DNA from: Sarea resinae
Lineage: Eukaryota
Direction of reading: 5' to 3'
DNA length: 64,000 nt
Assembly (NCBI GenBank): GCA_026026165.1
Contig: JAPEUD010000030.1
Coordinates: forward strand, 1-64,000
Part shown: positions 36,196-49,000 of the stretch, piece by piece
Layout: each line of letters begins with the position of its first letter
Numbering within the stretch: the first letter of the stretch is position 1
Program-made: the position numbers and the translations under genes
The notes under the pieces: model-generated
Told to the model about the DNA's origin: nothing
Database searches by the model: none
Seen by the model: only the letters and a program-made list of their open reading frames with translations

Positions 36196-39100
36196 ATGCC
36201 GCCGAAGAGTAGAGGCCGAGGAGGCTCTCGTCGAGGCCGTGCGACAGCCCAGAGGCCTGCAATCAGACATAGTCGTCATGGTCCAGGTCCCGAAGAAGTG
36301 CACGATGTGATAAGTCTGGATGGGGAGAGCGATTCTTCTTCCGTGATCGTGACCGGTAGTCAATCGAAAGGCCTCCCCACGGCAACGTCGCAACGCGGTA
36401 AACAGCGCACCAGAGGGCCTCGAGCTCGTCAGGCCCAGGCTGGCCCCCAAGAGGTGCCAGACATATACCGAGAGATGTTGGCCGAGGCTTTGGTCGCGTC
36501 ACCGAGTCAAGTGAGAGAAGAGGAGAGGCCTCGAAAGAGACGGAGGGTACTGTCCGAGCAGGAAAAGGAGGATGTCTCGACAGATGATAGCAACGTTGTT
36601 GTTCCACCCGTGCAGCAGCAGACGGCTTACAATGACTCCGACAGCTCAGGAGATAGTGACGTTGATTGGGAGGAGGTCGATCTGGACAAAGAAGAAGACA
36701 TCGATGACGCACCCGCGCCCCCTGATAATGATGGCGGAGAACTCAAGCTCGTCCTGGATGCGGGCGAATCGAGCCCAAGAAAGGTCTCAAAGCCACGGCG
36801 GAAGCCTGCAACGGCCGCAGAGAAGAAGCTGCGATTGGAGGTGCACAAGATGCATGTTCTGTGTCTGCTTGCACACACTCATATCCGCAACAATTGGTGC
36901 AATGATGTCGAGACACAGGTAAGATGTTCTTTTGATCGTTGCATTCGGGCCTTCATGAAAGCTGATTTATTTCACATTCAGGCTGCTCTTGAAGCTCTAC
37001 TCTCTAAAAAGACAAAGTCGTATCTCAATCCTGACGCGGACAAATCACAATTCCAGCGGTCAAGGTCTTTCATGGATGGCTTAGCGCAGGCTTGCGAAGT
37101 GTGGAGAAATCAATTCAAGATCACTGCTAGAGGACTGAAAAGCGCACAGTGGGCTGAAAGCGAGGCTGCCTTGAAGAATGTACGTATCACCGGTGATTGC
37201 TCTATGATAATCACCCGGAATTGCACTTTCGAGTCTCATCATGTAAAGGGGACTTATACATGTGCGTTTAGTTCCAGCTCCCCGACGACGTAGATCTGCC
37301 GCTTGAGAGAGTCGACTTCCGTGAGGCCGCAGCTAAGCTTGAGGGCTCTCGTGATCTCGGAGCTCAGCTGTTTTGTGCTCTTCTCAGATCTGTAGATGTC
37401 ACAGCAAGGCTGGTCTGCTCTTTGCAGCCTATGCCCTTTAATGCAGCTATCAAGGCAACTACGGCGCCAAGACCTCCACCAGCAATGATCATTGCCCAGC
37501 CCGAGAGTCTCGAGAATTCGAGCGATGAAGATGGAGGTGTGGATATCAACAGTGTGGCGCCTGATTTCAGTCCAGTGTCTCCACGCCAAGTGAAGGGCAC
37601 TGCGCCGATGGTACCGCTCAGGGCGAGAAGGCTTGGACAGCCCTCATTTGGGGATACAGGACGCATCGATACTGGGAAACCCCCACCAAGTAAGCACGCG
37701 TATACAGTATCTCCCGAGAAGTCATTCTGATATCAGCTCAGTCCCCAAGCGAAAGCGTATCAGGCAATCTCCATATCCTGTTTATTGGGTCGAAGCGTTC
37801 AATGAAGCAGTACAAAAGTGGATTCCAGTCGATCCTCTTGTCACTAACACCATCGGTAAGCCGTCAAAATTTGAGCCTCCGGCCAGTGACCCAGAAAACA
37901 ACATGAGCTACGTCATAGCATACGAAGAGGAGGGAGCAGCGAAAGACGTAACGAGAAGATATGCGAAAGCATACAATGCGAAGACTCGAAAGTCGAGAGT
38001 CGAGACGACAAAGGGGGGTGAAAGGTGGTGGAAGAAGGCTCTCAGGATCTTCAGACGGGGCTGGGACTTGGTATATATACACTCCATCCCCTCCGTACAC
38101 GATAACTTATATTGGGGTCCAGGACCGAGACCAAGTTGAAGACTCCGAACTTGCGGCGAAGGAGGCACAAGAGGAGATGCCTCGAAACGTTCAGGACTTC
38201 AAAGATCATCCCTACTACGCTCTCGAGCGACATACAAGGCGGAACGAGGTGATCCATCCGAAACGAGAAGTCGGAAAGTTGACTGCCGGGAAGATATCGG
38301 TAGGCAAGGATTCAAAAGGCTTGGAGCCAATTTATCGGCGACGAGATGTTCACATCGTCAAGAGTGCCGATAGTTGGTACCGGCTGGGACGTGAGATCAA
38401 AGTACGTGAGGATGAGCTGCGACGCTGTTGACTAGATGTTGATTTGGTGATAGACAGGAGAGCAGCCACTCAAGTATGTTGCGCCTCGTCGTCGCAATCC
38501 TCGTTCAGTGGCAGACGACTATGAGATGGACTCGGATGGCGAGGAAGACACCAATACGGGCCTGTATGCCGAGTTTCAAACGACTCTCTACTCCGCGCCT
38601 CCAGTGGTTCATGGACAGATACCCAAGAATGCGTACGGCAACCTGGATGTTTACGTACCTAGCATGGTGCCGCGAGGAGGCGTTCATCTACCATGTGAGC
38701 TAGTCTTTTCCTATGCTTCAATCGTTACCTGACCATATCAAATCAGACCCAGAAGCCTCTCGTGCAGCCCGCATTCTTGGAATCGACTACGCAGACGCCG
38801 TCACTGGTTTTGAATTCAAAGGGCGCCATGGCACCGCCGTCGTGCGAGGCATCGTTGCAGCATCGGAATATGCTGAAGCGCTTGAAGCCGTGATTCAGGG
38901 GCTTCGAGACGAAAAGGCTCAGGCGGAGGAGGAAAAGAGGAGCAGAGAGGCTTTGAGGATGTGGAGGCGCTTCTTAGCTGGGTTGAGGATTAGGGAGAGG
39001 ATCGACGGGTATGAGATCGAGGGCGAAGGAGAGGAAGCTCGAAGGGAGCTTGAGAGGGTTGACGAGGAGATAGATGAGGGTAGTGAGGGTGGGGGCTTTT

Positions 39101-40260
39101 TCCCCGAGAGAGGTCAGAAAGAGATTGCCGAGCCTACGGCTGCACAGTTTGGGGCCGCGGATGATGATACGGGTGGTGGTTTCCTACCTGACGAGACAGA
39201 GGAAGAGGACGAGGTCAGCGGTCCAGGTCATGGGCTCCACCCTACTACGGACACCCAGCCAGACGAAGATGCCGAAGAAGCTTTGAGGGAGGTAGAAATG
39301 CTCGATGCACCTGCCTTTCTTAATAGACCCAATACCTCTGTCACCAAACATTCTCCTTATACTACTCTGTCTGACGAGATTGCCCACGGAGGAGGTTTTT
39401 CTACCGAGGACGCCGACTATGGAGGAGGCTTTTTCCCGGAAGACGACGACGGAGAAGGAGGATTCATTGCCGACGGATTGGAGGAAGCAGAGAGCACGGG
39501 ATCTGCATCCAAGGGAACCATAGCTCGAAGGAGAACTCTCGAGACCGCCAGCCAAGGTCAGCAGTCCTCAGAAGTGGAAGCAGAACCAGAGCCAGAACCA
39601 GAGCCAGATCCAGAGCCAGATCCAGAGCCAGAGCCTGAGCCTCAAAGACCGACACAACCAACCCCTCGGACCTCCGCCATCGCGCTAGAAGATCCAACGC
39701 CGTTCCAAAGCCACGCACCATCACGACCCTCGCTCTCGTATCATTCAGATGGCTCAGACGCCGCTTCTATCTTGCGTGTTGAGGCGCCGATGCGCGAAGG
39801 ATCTATGTTGCCATCAGCGGCATCGGCAGAAACGGTAGCAGCAGCGGGGGACAAGACGACAAAAGCTGAATCCGTCCACCCAGCATCCGACGACGGTAAC
39901 CTCAACGTCGATCATGAGCATGAGCACGATCACGGGGATGTTAAAGCCGGCGGCACCCGTGTCGACACCTGTGCCAGCGTCAGCGCTAACGACGTAAACT
40001 CCGTCGAGAGCAAGCACAAGCACGAGCACAAGGATAAAAACACCACCCCCAAAAACGAGTCTGAAGCCTCAGCCTCAGCCTCAGCCTCAGCCTCAGCCTC
40101 AAAAGCTAAAACAATAGAAAGAGAAACGCAGCGCCTGAGCCCGAGTCCAATTCCAAATCCGAGTCCGAATCCGAGCTTGAGTCCGCAATCGTCGCTCCTC
40201 TCGCACGATCCCGACGACGACGACGCCGTGCCTGAGTGGTTGCTCAGTGATGGTGAATGA
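36196..40260 (+). CDS. RAD4: Nucleotide-excision-repair damage sensor Rad4/XPC, multi-exon
   Basis: HKMHVLCLL, ARLVCSLQP, YPVYWVEAF, DVTRRY, FKDHPYYALERH, PKNAYGNLDVY, YADAVTGFEF, WRRFLAGLRIRERI. Confidence 0.95.
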
Positions 40261-40879
40261 GTCTTTGTCTCTCTTGTTTGTGTCGTTGTTGTCGTCGTTG
40301 TCGTCGGGGTCGATGTCTTCCTCTCCTTCTTCTCTTCGTACTGCTCGTCCTCGTCCTCATCCTTCTCCTACTCCCCCTCAACCCCCCTTCTCTCCTCTGT
40401 ACACACACCCTAATACCCCACCTCCACCTCCACCACCATCTCTATCTCTATCCATCCATTATGCATCACGCATCAAACATGCTCCACCCTTTCTTACAAA
40501 CAGCACCCAGCCACCCAGCCATCCACCAAACCAAAGATCTAAACAATAGAACAAGAACAAGAGCAAGAACAAGAACAGCCAGCGCCGAAGGACGGGGCGG
40601 GGGGTTAGGGTTAGGGAGGGGACAAACTAGCGCGCGCACAGACTCTGTATGGGTAGGTCAGAATAATACAGCAATTCATAGATCGATCGATCCGATCTGA
40701 TCAAGAGTATCATATTATATCATCTCAAATCAAGTCCTAGAACTAGGTATACTACCTAGTCCGTTACTTAGTTAGTTAGCTAGTACCTAGGGATAACTAT
40801 AAAAGTCTCTATCACTACTATGACTGTATGTATGTGTGTATAGGTAGTTACTGTACTCCGTATGCTCTGTCTGTCTGCT

Positions 40880-41460
40880 TCCTCTCTGCTTCTTCTCTGC
40901 TTCTTCTTCTCTTTTGAGTCTTTTTTTTTTTCTTCTACTAGATATCTCAAGTTCCCCTTATCTTAACTAAAGAAGGCAAACAGACCTACAGAGGACAGAA
41001 GAGAAAAAGAAGAGCAGAGAAAACAAAACAGAGCACCCTAATGAACCTAACCTAACCCAACCGAACCTAACCTAACCTAACCTAACCTCACTTAACCTAA
41101 CTTAACCCTACTCTACTCTCCTCTACTTAACTCTCCTCTGTTAAACCCACCTTTATTCTATCTACAATTTGATACAATGCAATGCGATGCGATACGATTC
41201 TATCTTAACAGGACCTGACACATGTGTATATGTATATATATTCTACCGTCTCTCTCAAGTCCGTCCAACCAACCAACCAACCAACCAAACACAAAGACAA
41301 CAAGGATAACGGCGACAAAAGGAAAAGAAAAAGGAAGGACGAAAAAAAAAAAGAAACCAAGGTATGATAGATGTATAGATGGATGATACTAGTACAAATA
41401 CAAATGCCGTCGATGAATCATATCTCACAGCTCAGATCCCACAGCTCACAGCTCACAGCT
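40880..41460. repeat. Compound simple-repeat tract including (CCTAA)n 41044-41110, (CCAA)n ~41265-41288 and (CTCACAG)n
   Basis: Read directly; lies between the convergent RAD4 and lipase genes. Confidence 0.85.
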
Positions 41461-41480
41461 CCCACCTCACATCCCCCACC

Positions 41481-44364
41481 TCACAGCTCAGTAGCCGTGA
41501 CGAACCTCTCCGGGCGCGGCCTCTCCTTTTCTCCCTCTGCCTCTTGCTCTCCCGTCCCCTGTCCCGTCCCCTGTCCTGCCTCCAGTCCCGCCTCCTGTCC
41601 CACTCCTCCCATTCCCATCCCCGCACGACTCGCAGGCGGCGACAGCCCCCTAGACTCGACCACGTCCCTCTTCTCCGAAATGCCAGGCACATTACTCAGG
41701 GTAAGCGTGCTAGGATTAGCCTCCTCGCCGCTGAGCGGATGGGCGAGTTTGAAGGGATAGGCCACATTGCCGGCCGTGGGCCTCGTGCGGTCTGGTTTCT
41801 CGATCGGGCCGAGATGCGCATAACTGCCCACGCCTGCATCTCCAATGGCAGTGCCAGTGCCGGTGCCAGTGCCGGCCGTGGACGCAGTCGCGGGACGAGA
41901 GGCCTGTTGTGCCCCGCTGGTAGCGTCTGTATTTGCCAAAGCCGAGCCGATGACCGGGGTCGCGGCCGCGTCGCGCGAGCCCACCAGTGCCCCCGCGGGC
42001 GTGTTTTCGTCTGCCTGGCCGGCGTCCGTGACGGTTCGGCGACGGGAGCGCGAGCGCGATTTCGCTGACACAAAGGGCGGGGCGAGATGCGTCGTCGATG
42101 TGATTGCGGCCGTGCTCGTGTGGCTGTCCGCGTTGTTGGGCGCGATGACGGCGATCTCGGGGTTCCGGTCGGCCTTTTCTTCGCGCTCGATCTGGAGGCG
42201 GTGTTAGTATATACGGTACGGATGATGATGTCAGATAAAAGGAACTTACGGTGTCTTTATCGTGTCGGCTTCCCCACATAGCCCAGAGAGCTAGTCCGTA
42301 ACTCCGACGCGGCTTCTCCTCTTTCGTGGTATCCCTCTTCCTCCGTCCCGCCAGAGCAGACGGCGGAGGCACCTCGTCATTGGCGAACGTTTCGTAGCCC
42401 TTTGCCATCTCGTTTGCCCGCTGCTTCTGCACTGCTCTCTTCTGTCGCGCGAATTTCGTATCCCACATCTTCTTCGCCGCCATCCATTTTCGCACCGGAC
42501 CCGGCTTGATCACACCGATCTCGTTGGGCGACATCTGCAAAGCTGGAAGAGATGAATGCGGGCCGAGCGGATAAATGTTTCCGTGGCGGTCGACGCGTTG
42601 GCGGACAAGATGATTGTGGAACGCTGGAAGAGCATCGCCTGCCTTCCCCACTCGAGCAATCGAGATCGAGTCGGCCCGTCGCGACGGTTGCTTATCGCCA
42701 CTAGCTTCATCTGATGTGCTCTCGCTATCACTGTCGGAGCCTATCACCGAGACATCGTCATCATCTAGGATATCAATTTCGGCCTTCTGTGCTCGTGCCA
42801 GCGCCCAAGCCCCGAATTGCGCAATTGATCGATACATGTACTTGGCGGGCCGGGTAAAGCTAAGTGTAGGAGCAACGTGACAGAGGTCATCCCAGACCTG
42901 CAGCTGAACATCCGTGGGCTTGTATTTCTCGATGAGTTCTCTTGCTTCGGGATATTCATTCAGATACGCCTCTCCAGGGGGATATGCGGCTGGATTTGCA
43001 GCTTTATGTGCCAGGTAGATCTGCTCATCACGTAGCATTTCGCCACCGCCTGTTAAAATGAGTAGAGGAGGAAGACCTCCCAGAGACGGTTGAAGCACAG
43101 GTGAAACCAAGGGGTGTGAGATCAACTGATTGGTCGCATACATCTGTATCTGATCCTTGATAGTGATCATTTCTCCATCTATCATGATAGACAGATCATG
43201 GTCTTGTCCAGGGATCGTGTTGCCAGGGCGCGTCCCGCCGCCTTCTGTGCCTGTCGGGTTGTTCTCGTTCGAAAGAGCGTCGACATTTGTTGGGCGAGAA
43301 TCGACGGAGAAACCATGCACGGCGTCTTGTTCATCCTGAGATAACTTCGCCTCCTGTTCCTTCTTGATATCCTTTTGAGATGCAACGCCCTTCTTCTCGG
43401 CTTGTATCAAATTTTCAACAGCATGCTTTGCTATTGCTTGCATATCATCGGCATTAGGAGGCGGCCACGAAGCGGAAGGCCGCTGCATGAACCCATGAGG
43501 TGGGATGTAATCAAGCTTGCTCTCCCCAGCAACACTAGGAAACGAATGCGTAAGATCGACCCAAGGAGATACAAGGATCGCGCCGGCCGGCAGAGGTATA
43601 CCCTGGTCGCGGAGAGTGACGAGCATGCTGACGACCATTCCTCCTCCAGCAGAGTCGCCTGCCAGGATGATCGTCGACGGATCTTGGATGGTCAAAAGGT
43701 ACATGTAAGCAGACAGGCAGTCGTGGAGCCCGCAGGGAAATGGGAATTGAGGCGCTAGTCGGTATTCGGGAGCAAAGACCCTCGCCTTCAGCTTGCGCGC
43801 ATGCCTCTGCATTTGATAACGGTGCAAGCCAACGCTCCCGAAGAAGTAGGCACCCCCATGCACATAGAGCATCACTCTGTTGCTGTGAGCGTCTTCCTTC
43901 TTCCTCTCGCTGTAATCTCGGCGCATCTCAATCCATTCGGCCTTGAGCTCTGTTCCCGGCCTCCGCCACTGCCACCATGATTTCCCCCCAACTGCTTGTA
44001 CACCTTTGGGACCTAATTGAGCTTGGATTGCTTCAGCAGCCTCGGTGATTTGCGCTGCGGGTATCTTGATCACATCGACTTTGACCCACTGCGGGTGTGG
44101 AATCCATTGCGCCGTGAATGTCTGGATCTCTTCTACCGTGTGATGGGCAGAGTAGTCGAGGAACTTTCGAATCAGCCGAATGCCCTCGTGATATGTAATA
44201 TGAGCCGTGGGCTTCCCGTGAAGGTCCTTTCGATCAAGGTACTGCGAATACCACTTTAGCTTCAGTGCCGATGGGCAGAGTTGCGACGCGCTTACATGAG
44301 AGACATATGTTTCAATGACCGTTGGAGTAACGGCAGTGCCGATGGTGAAAGTATTAAACGGCAT
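41481..44364 (-). CDS. Alpha/beta hydrolase, HSL/GDXG-family lipase/esterase, 3 exons
   Basis: HGGAYFFGS, YRLAPQFPFP, GDSAGG, SPWVDL, SPVLQ, GGGEMLRDE. Introns 44295-44242 and 42249-42192; the last exon joins the frame of ORF 41481..42071. Confidence 0.9.
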
Positions 44365-44901
44365 ATTGAGTTGTTCGTGTTGTCGTCTTCGCTGGGAGAA
44401 ATAAGCGGCGACTAGGCAATTCGTCTGTTGTTTGGTTACACAGTTCTCTGTGCATCCGCTGCTGTTGACTTGTTGACTCCCGATGTTATGATTATGTATT
44501 ATGATTATGGTGGCCCATATCGTCAAAGTGCAGCCCTCTTCATCGCAGTGCAGTCTGGTCACACGAAAGGTGAAAGAAGGAGGGAATGTGCTGCTCGTGG
44601 AAGATGGGGTGAGGCTGGGGGTGACGGGGACAGAGCAGACCAGGGCAAGGGCATAAATGAATGCGCATGAGCAGCTGGAGGATCGACCTGCGCTGTCGTC
44701 ATAGCACCAATCAGATCCATCTCACAAATTGCAACGAGATGCCACTAGCCCCCAATCTTATCGATCAATCTATCAGATCCATCAGATCCATCAGATCTAT
44801 CAACATCATCTTCGTATTCGCGAAAACCTATACACGCGACTTCCGTCCATATCACCAGCACAGACGCCTCTCTCACGCTCAAAGAGGAGGATACGAGTAC
44901 A

Positions 44902-45559
44902 ATGGCGATATCAGACTCTGAAGCCCCACAAGCAGTGGCGGTAGCTGCATCGCCCGGTACCCTCCCCTCCTACCAAGAAAATCGTCTCTTCCTCCGCTAA
45001 CACTGCTCTACCAGATACCATCCAGGCAAAATTCGACCTGGGAATCGCTGTGGCCCTCTCGACGTGGCCTGCCTTGACAGTGGCCGTGCAGAACCAATGG
45101 GGAGGACCCGATAGCTCAGACAAGCGCGACTGGCTCGCCGGTGCCATATCCGACCTCTTCACCACCAGACCTGATACCGATGCCGAAGACGTCGAGACGA
45201 TGCTCTTGCAGGTCATGATCGACGAGTTCGACGTCAACGTCGACGACGAGAGCGGCTTTCCGATTGCTCGCTTGATCATGGACTTGAGAAAGGAAACGCT
45301 GCAAGGAGACTTTGCCGAGGTGGATCGCATGTACGCTGCGTGGGTGGAGAGGAGAGGGAAGAGCGAGAAAATCAAAGTGCAGGTGGTCGATAATTCGGGC
45401 GACGATACTGACTGGGATAGCGTGGACGAAGAAGATGACGATGAGGATGACGACGTTGAGATGGGCGAAGCGTCTGCACCGCCACCGCCAAAGGAGAAGC
45501 CTGCACCAGAAGTCGACGATGACGGCTTTACCAAAGTAGTCGGCCGGAAGAAGCGGTGA
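44902..45559 (+). CDS. TSR2: Pre-rRNA processing / eS26 escortin Tsr2
   Basis: WPALTVAVQNQWGGPDSSDKRDW (WGG motif), DEFDVNVDDES, C-terminal VDDDGFTKV. One intron, ~44957-45014. Confidence 0.93.
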
Positions 45560-46092
45560 TTGATACGTCTGGAGAGGAGCCAATCTTTCTTGGCAACCTT
45601 GCATCTGGGCAGCAGGCGTTTGGAGTCATAGAGGGCAGGTGTAGAGAAAAGCCAGGTGTCCGTCACTATATAGCGCAACTGAAATACTATGCCATTATTT
45701 CCAATCTATGCCTTCAGAAGACACGATGCCAGCGAGCGGCCGGAATTACTCTCCGATTCATTGTTTGGGCTGCGACCCTCAGAACCGAATCAAGATTTCC
45801 CACGTAATAGGATTGCCAGCTCTAATTCTCTATCTAATAGATTTCAATCTAGGAATGGCCAGAGCAAGGCACTATCGAGAAGATGATAGCTGTCGGTCTA
45901 TACTTCAGAGTATAGATTTCTACAAGTTGAGTTAGGACGGGGTCAACGTCGAGTTACATTACCATTTCTCTGGCTTAGAACAAAATATCAAGTTTCAATT
46001 TCTGTCCGGCTAAGCTAAAAGAAAAATCTAGATGAGCTTGGAAATTTTCTCAGTCTTTTTTGTGAGATTGATGAACGCCATGCTGACCAAGC

Positions 46093-49000
46093 TCAGAGTT
46101 TCGCAAGTCGCAACATGACAATAGCGTTCTGGATATTCTGGTCCTCCTCCACGATGACCTCTTCATTAGTGGCACCATCCTGCTCATCGACCCTCTCGAG
46201 CGGCCTCCTTAGCGTCTTTTCAAATATGGCGCCTCGGCTTCCCAAAGCCTCCTCAATACCAATGCTCTCAGGATCAGCTTTGACGGAATAGAGCATCCTC
46301 ACGTCGGCCGTGGCAACAAGACCAGCCTTCTTTCGCAGTTGTTGCACACGCGAAGCCACTTCTCTCGCCAGACCGTCAGCAAAGAGGTGTGGGTAGAGCT
46401 GTGCGTCAAGAAGTGTAACAACATCATTGTCCGAATTGGGCTCAATGGTGGGATTTGCACTCGAGTCAGCGAGGCCGCGCTGGACGACCAAATCGCCTCT
46501 TTCAAGCGGGATGGCGACGTCAGGGATGACGAGGGTACCCGTTTCGAGGTAGGCAGCGATATCTGCGGGGGTAAGTAACGGCAGAGCCTTTTTGACTTTC
46601 TGAGCATCCTTGCGGAGTTTCCTTCCCAGGGTGGCCCAATCCGCCGTTACGCTGAGACGAACTCCGTACCGCTCTTCGTCGGAGGATAGAATGAGCTCGG
46701 CGACATTGAGTTCCTCGGTAATGTATCGCTCTAGTGAGCGCAGATCGTCAAGGTAGACAGGGTCAGGATGTATGACGACCAGAGACTGAAGCGGCGTTTT
46801 CAGACCGATGGTGCGACGTTCTCGCGAGGTGCGGGCGAGCTCGACAACACGCTGGAGACGACCGACACGGCGCTCGACAATGGGGTCAAAGAGGTCTGCG
46901 CGTACTTCGGGGAAGGCGTGGAAATGGACGGAGCGGGCGTCTTCGGATTGGAGGGCTGCGGGTATGTGCGGGGCCAGACGGAGGTAAATGGTTTCTGTCA
47001 GGAAAGGGGTGAAGGGTGCAAGGCCACGGACGAGTGTAAATAGGACGTCGAAGAGGGTGTTGAGAGCGTGGAGCGTATCGTCTACGCCAAATTCACCCTT
47101 CAAACGTTTGCGGTTGTAGCGGATGTACCAGTTTGTCATGTTGTCGATCATGCCTAGGAGCCGAGGGACGACCGTGTAGAGACGGTAAGCTGGCAATGAA
47201 GATGTTAGCATTGAATGATCCTGATCAAAGGGAAGTATTCTATCATACCGGCCATCTCTTGGTTTACAAACTCAAGGAGACTCTGGCAACTTGCAAGAAT
47301 CCAGCGATCCATAATATTCTCATATTGCATATCTGGGTCAAACACGAAGTCGACGTCAGATTCCTTCTTCAGGAGGGCCACCTGGCCCTCAAAGAATTTG
47401 TAGCTGTTCCACAATGGCAGAAGAACTTTGGCCACAACTTCTCTGACACCAGATTCTTTGAATCTCAGAGGCTCTGCTCTCACCACTGGGGAGTTGATGA
47501 GATACAGTCTCAACGCATCCGCACCGTACGAGTTCATCACGATGGACACATCCGGATAATTTTTGAGACGCTTCGACATCTTTTTGCCATCTTCCGCGAG
47601 AACAATTCCATTGACTATGCAGTTCTGGAACGGTGAGACACCAAAAAGATGCGTGCCGAGCACCAAAAGAGTATAGAACCAACCGCGAGTCTGGTCAAGA
47701 CCTTCGGCGATGAAGTTGGCTGGGAAAGACTTCTCAAATCGCTCCCTGTTCTCGAATGGATAATGCTGCGAGGCGTAGGGCATGCTTCCAGATTCAAACC
47801 AGCAGTCGAAGACTTCTTCCACGCGTCGCAGGACCCCTTTCCCCTTCTGGCTCGGAATGGTGATGCCATCAATCTTGTCCCGATGTAGATCCGTGATCTC
47901 CCCACAGCCACTCAACTTCCTCAATTCTTCAACACTCCCAACGCATACAATCTCTTCAAAATCTTCACTGGCCCAGATAGGGATCGGAGTTCCCCAGTAA
48001 CGGTTCCGTGATACGTTCCAATCGCGGGCATTAATGATCCAACTTGCAAAGCGTTTTTCCTTCACGAATGATGGAACCCAGTGCGAGTCTTCGATATTTT
48101 GGAGCATTTGTGGGATGATTTCGGGAATCTTGACGAACCAAGCATCGACTGCTTTGTTTATCAGAGGAGTGTCTGATCTCCAACAATGTGCGATGGAATG
48201 GGTTACTTGGCCATCTACGATGAGACGACCAGTGCCTTTGAGGTGCTTGATGATGGCTTTCTGAGCTGCTCGAACGTGCTGGCCGGCATAATCAGAAACC
48301 TCTTCGGTATAGTTACCCTTATCATCCACTGGATTCGGAGGAAGACGCTCTGGACTGATGACACCAGCCTCGGTCGCTGCTTGATAATCCTCCGGACCAT
48401 AAGCTGGTGCTTGATGTACAAGGCCAGTACCGCTGTCGGATGTAACATAGGTAGCGTTGATGACACGGAAACCATACTCCTTCAAAGGGCCATGGTAAAA
48501 GTGGTCATATGCTGGCAAGTACTTCCAGTTCAACATCTCTTTGCCCCTTATCTTCTCCAAGACCTTGAATTTCGCCTTCTTCGGGTCTTTGTACAGAATC
48601 TTCATGCATGATTCCAAGATGATATAGTTATCACCCGACGCTTCGTCATGAATCTTCGAATACTCAAAGTCGGGATGAACGGCGATAGCAAGATTGGATG
48701 GCAGAGTCCACGGTGTGGTCGTCCAGATAAGCAGCTTCGTCTTAGGATCCTCCACTAGTGGGAACGAGACGACGACCGCATGATCTTGAATGTCTTTGTA
48801 ATTCTGCTGGGCTTCAAAATTGCTGAGCGGAGTACACAGCGCTGTAGAATATGGCATCACTCGATATGCCCGGTAAACCTGCCCCTTCTCGAAGAGTTGA
48901 CGAAATACCCACCAGACCGTCTCCATGAACGAGAAATCCATGGTCTGTGGACGCGATCAGTAAGCGTGATTGGACTGCAGAAAGGCCGCTAGATACCTTG

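Noticed and set aside
40690..40830. RIP-degraded transposon remnant
   Set aside because: TpA-rich but very short, with no terminal repeats, target-site duplication or transposase/RT traces.
41044..41110. Telomere or interstitial telomeric array
   Set aside because: The unit is the pentamer CCTAA, degenerate and about 65 nt, within other SSRs; true TTAGGG occurs only as two copies near 40605.
41716..44562. 948-aa ORF as the literal lipase protein
   Set aside because: It reads through introns and uses the wrong frame after 42249; the spliced model 44364-41481 fits better.
44911..45678. 255-aa antisense ORF
   Set aside because: Antisense shadow of TSR2.
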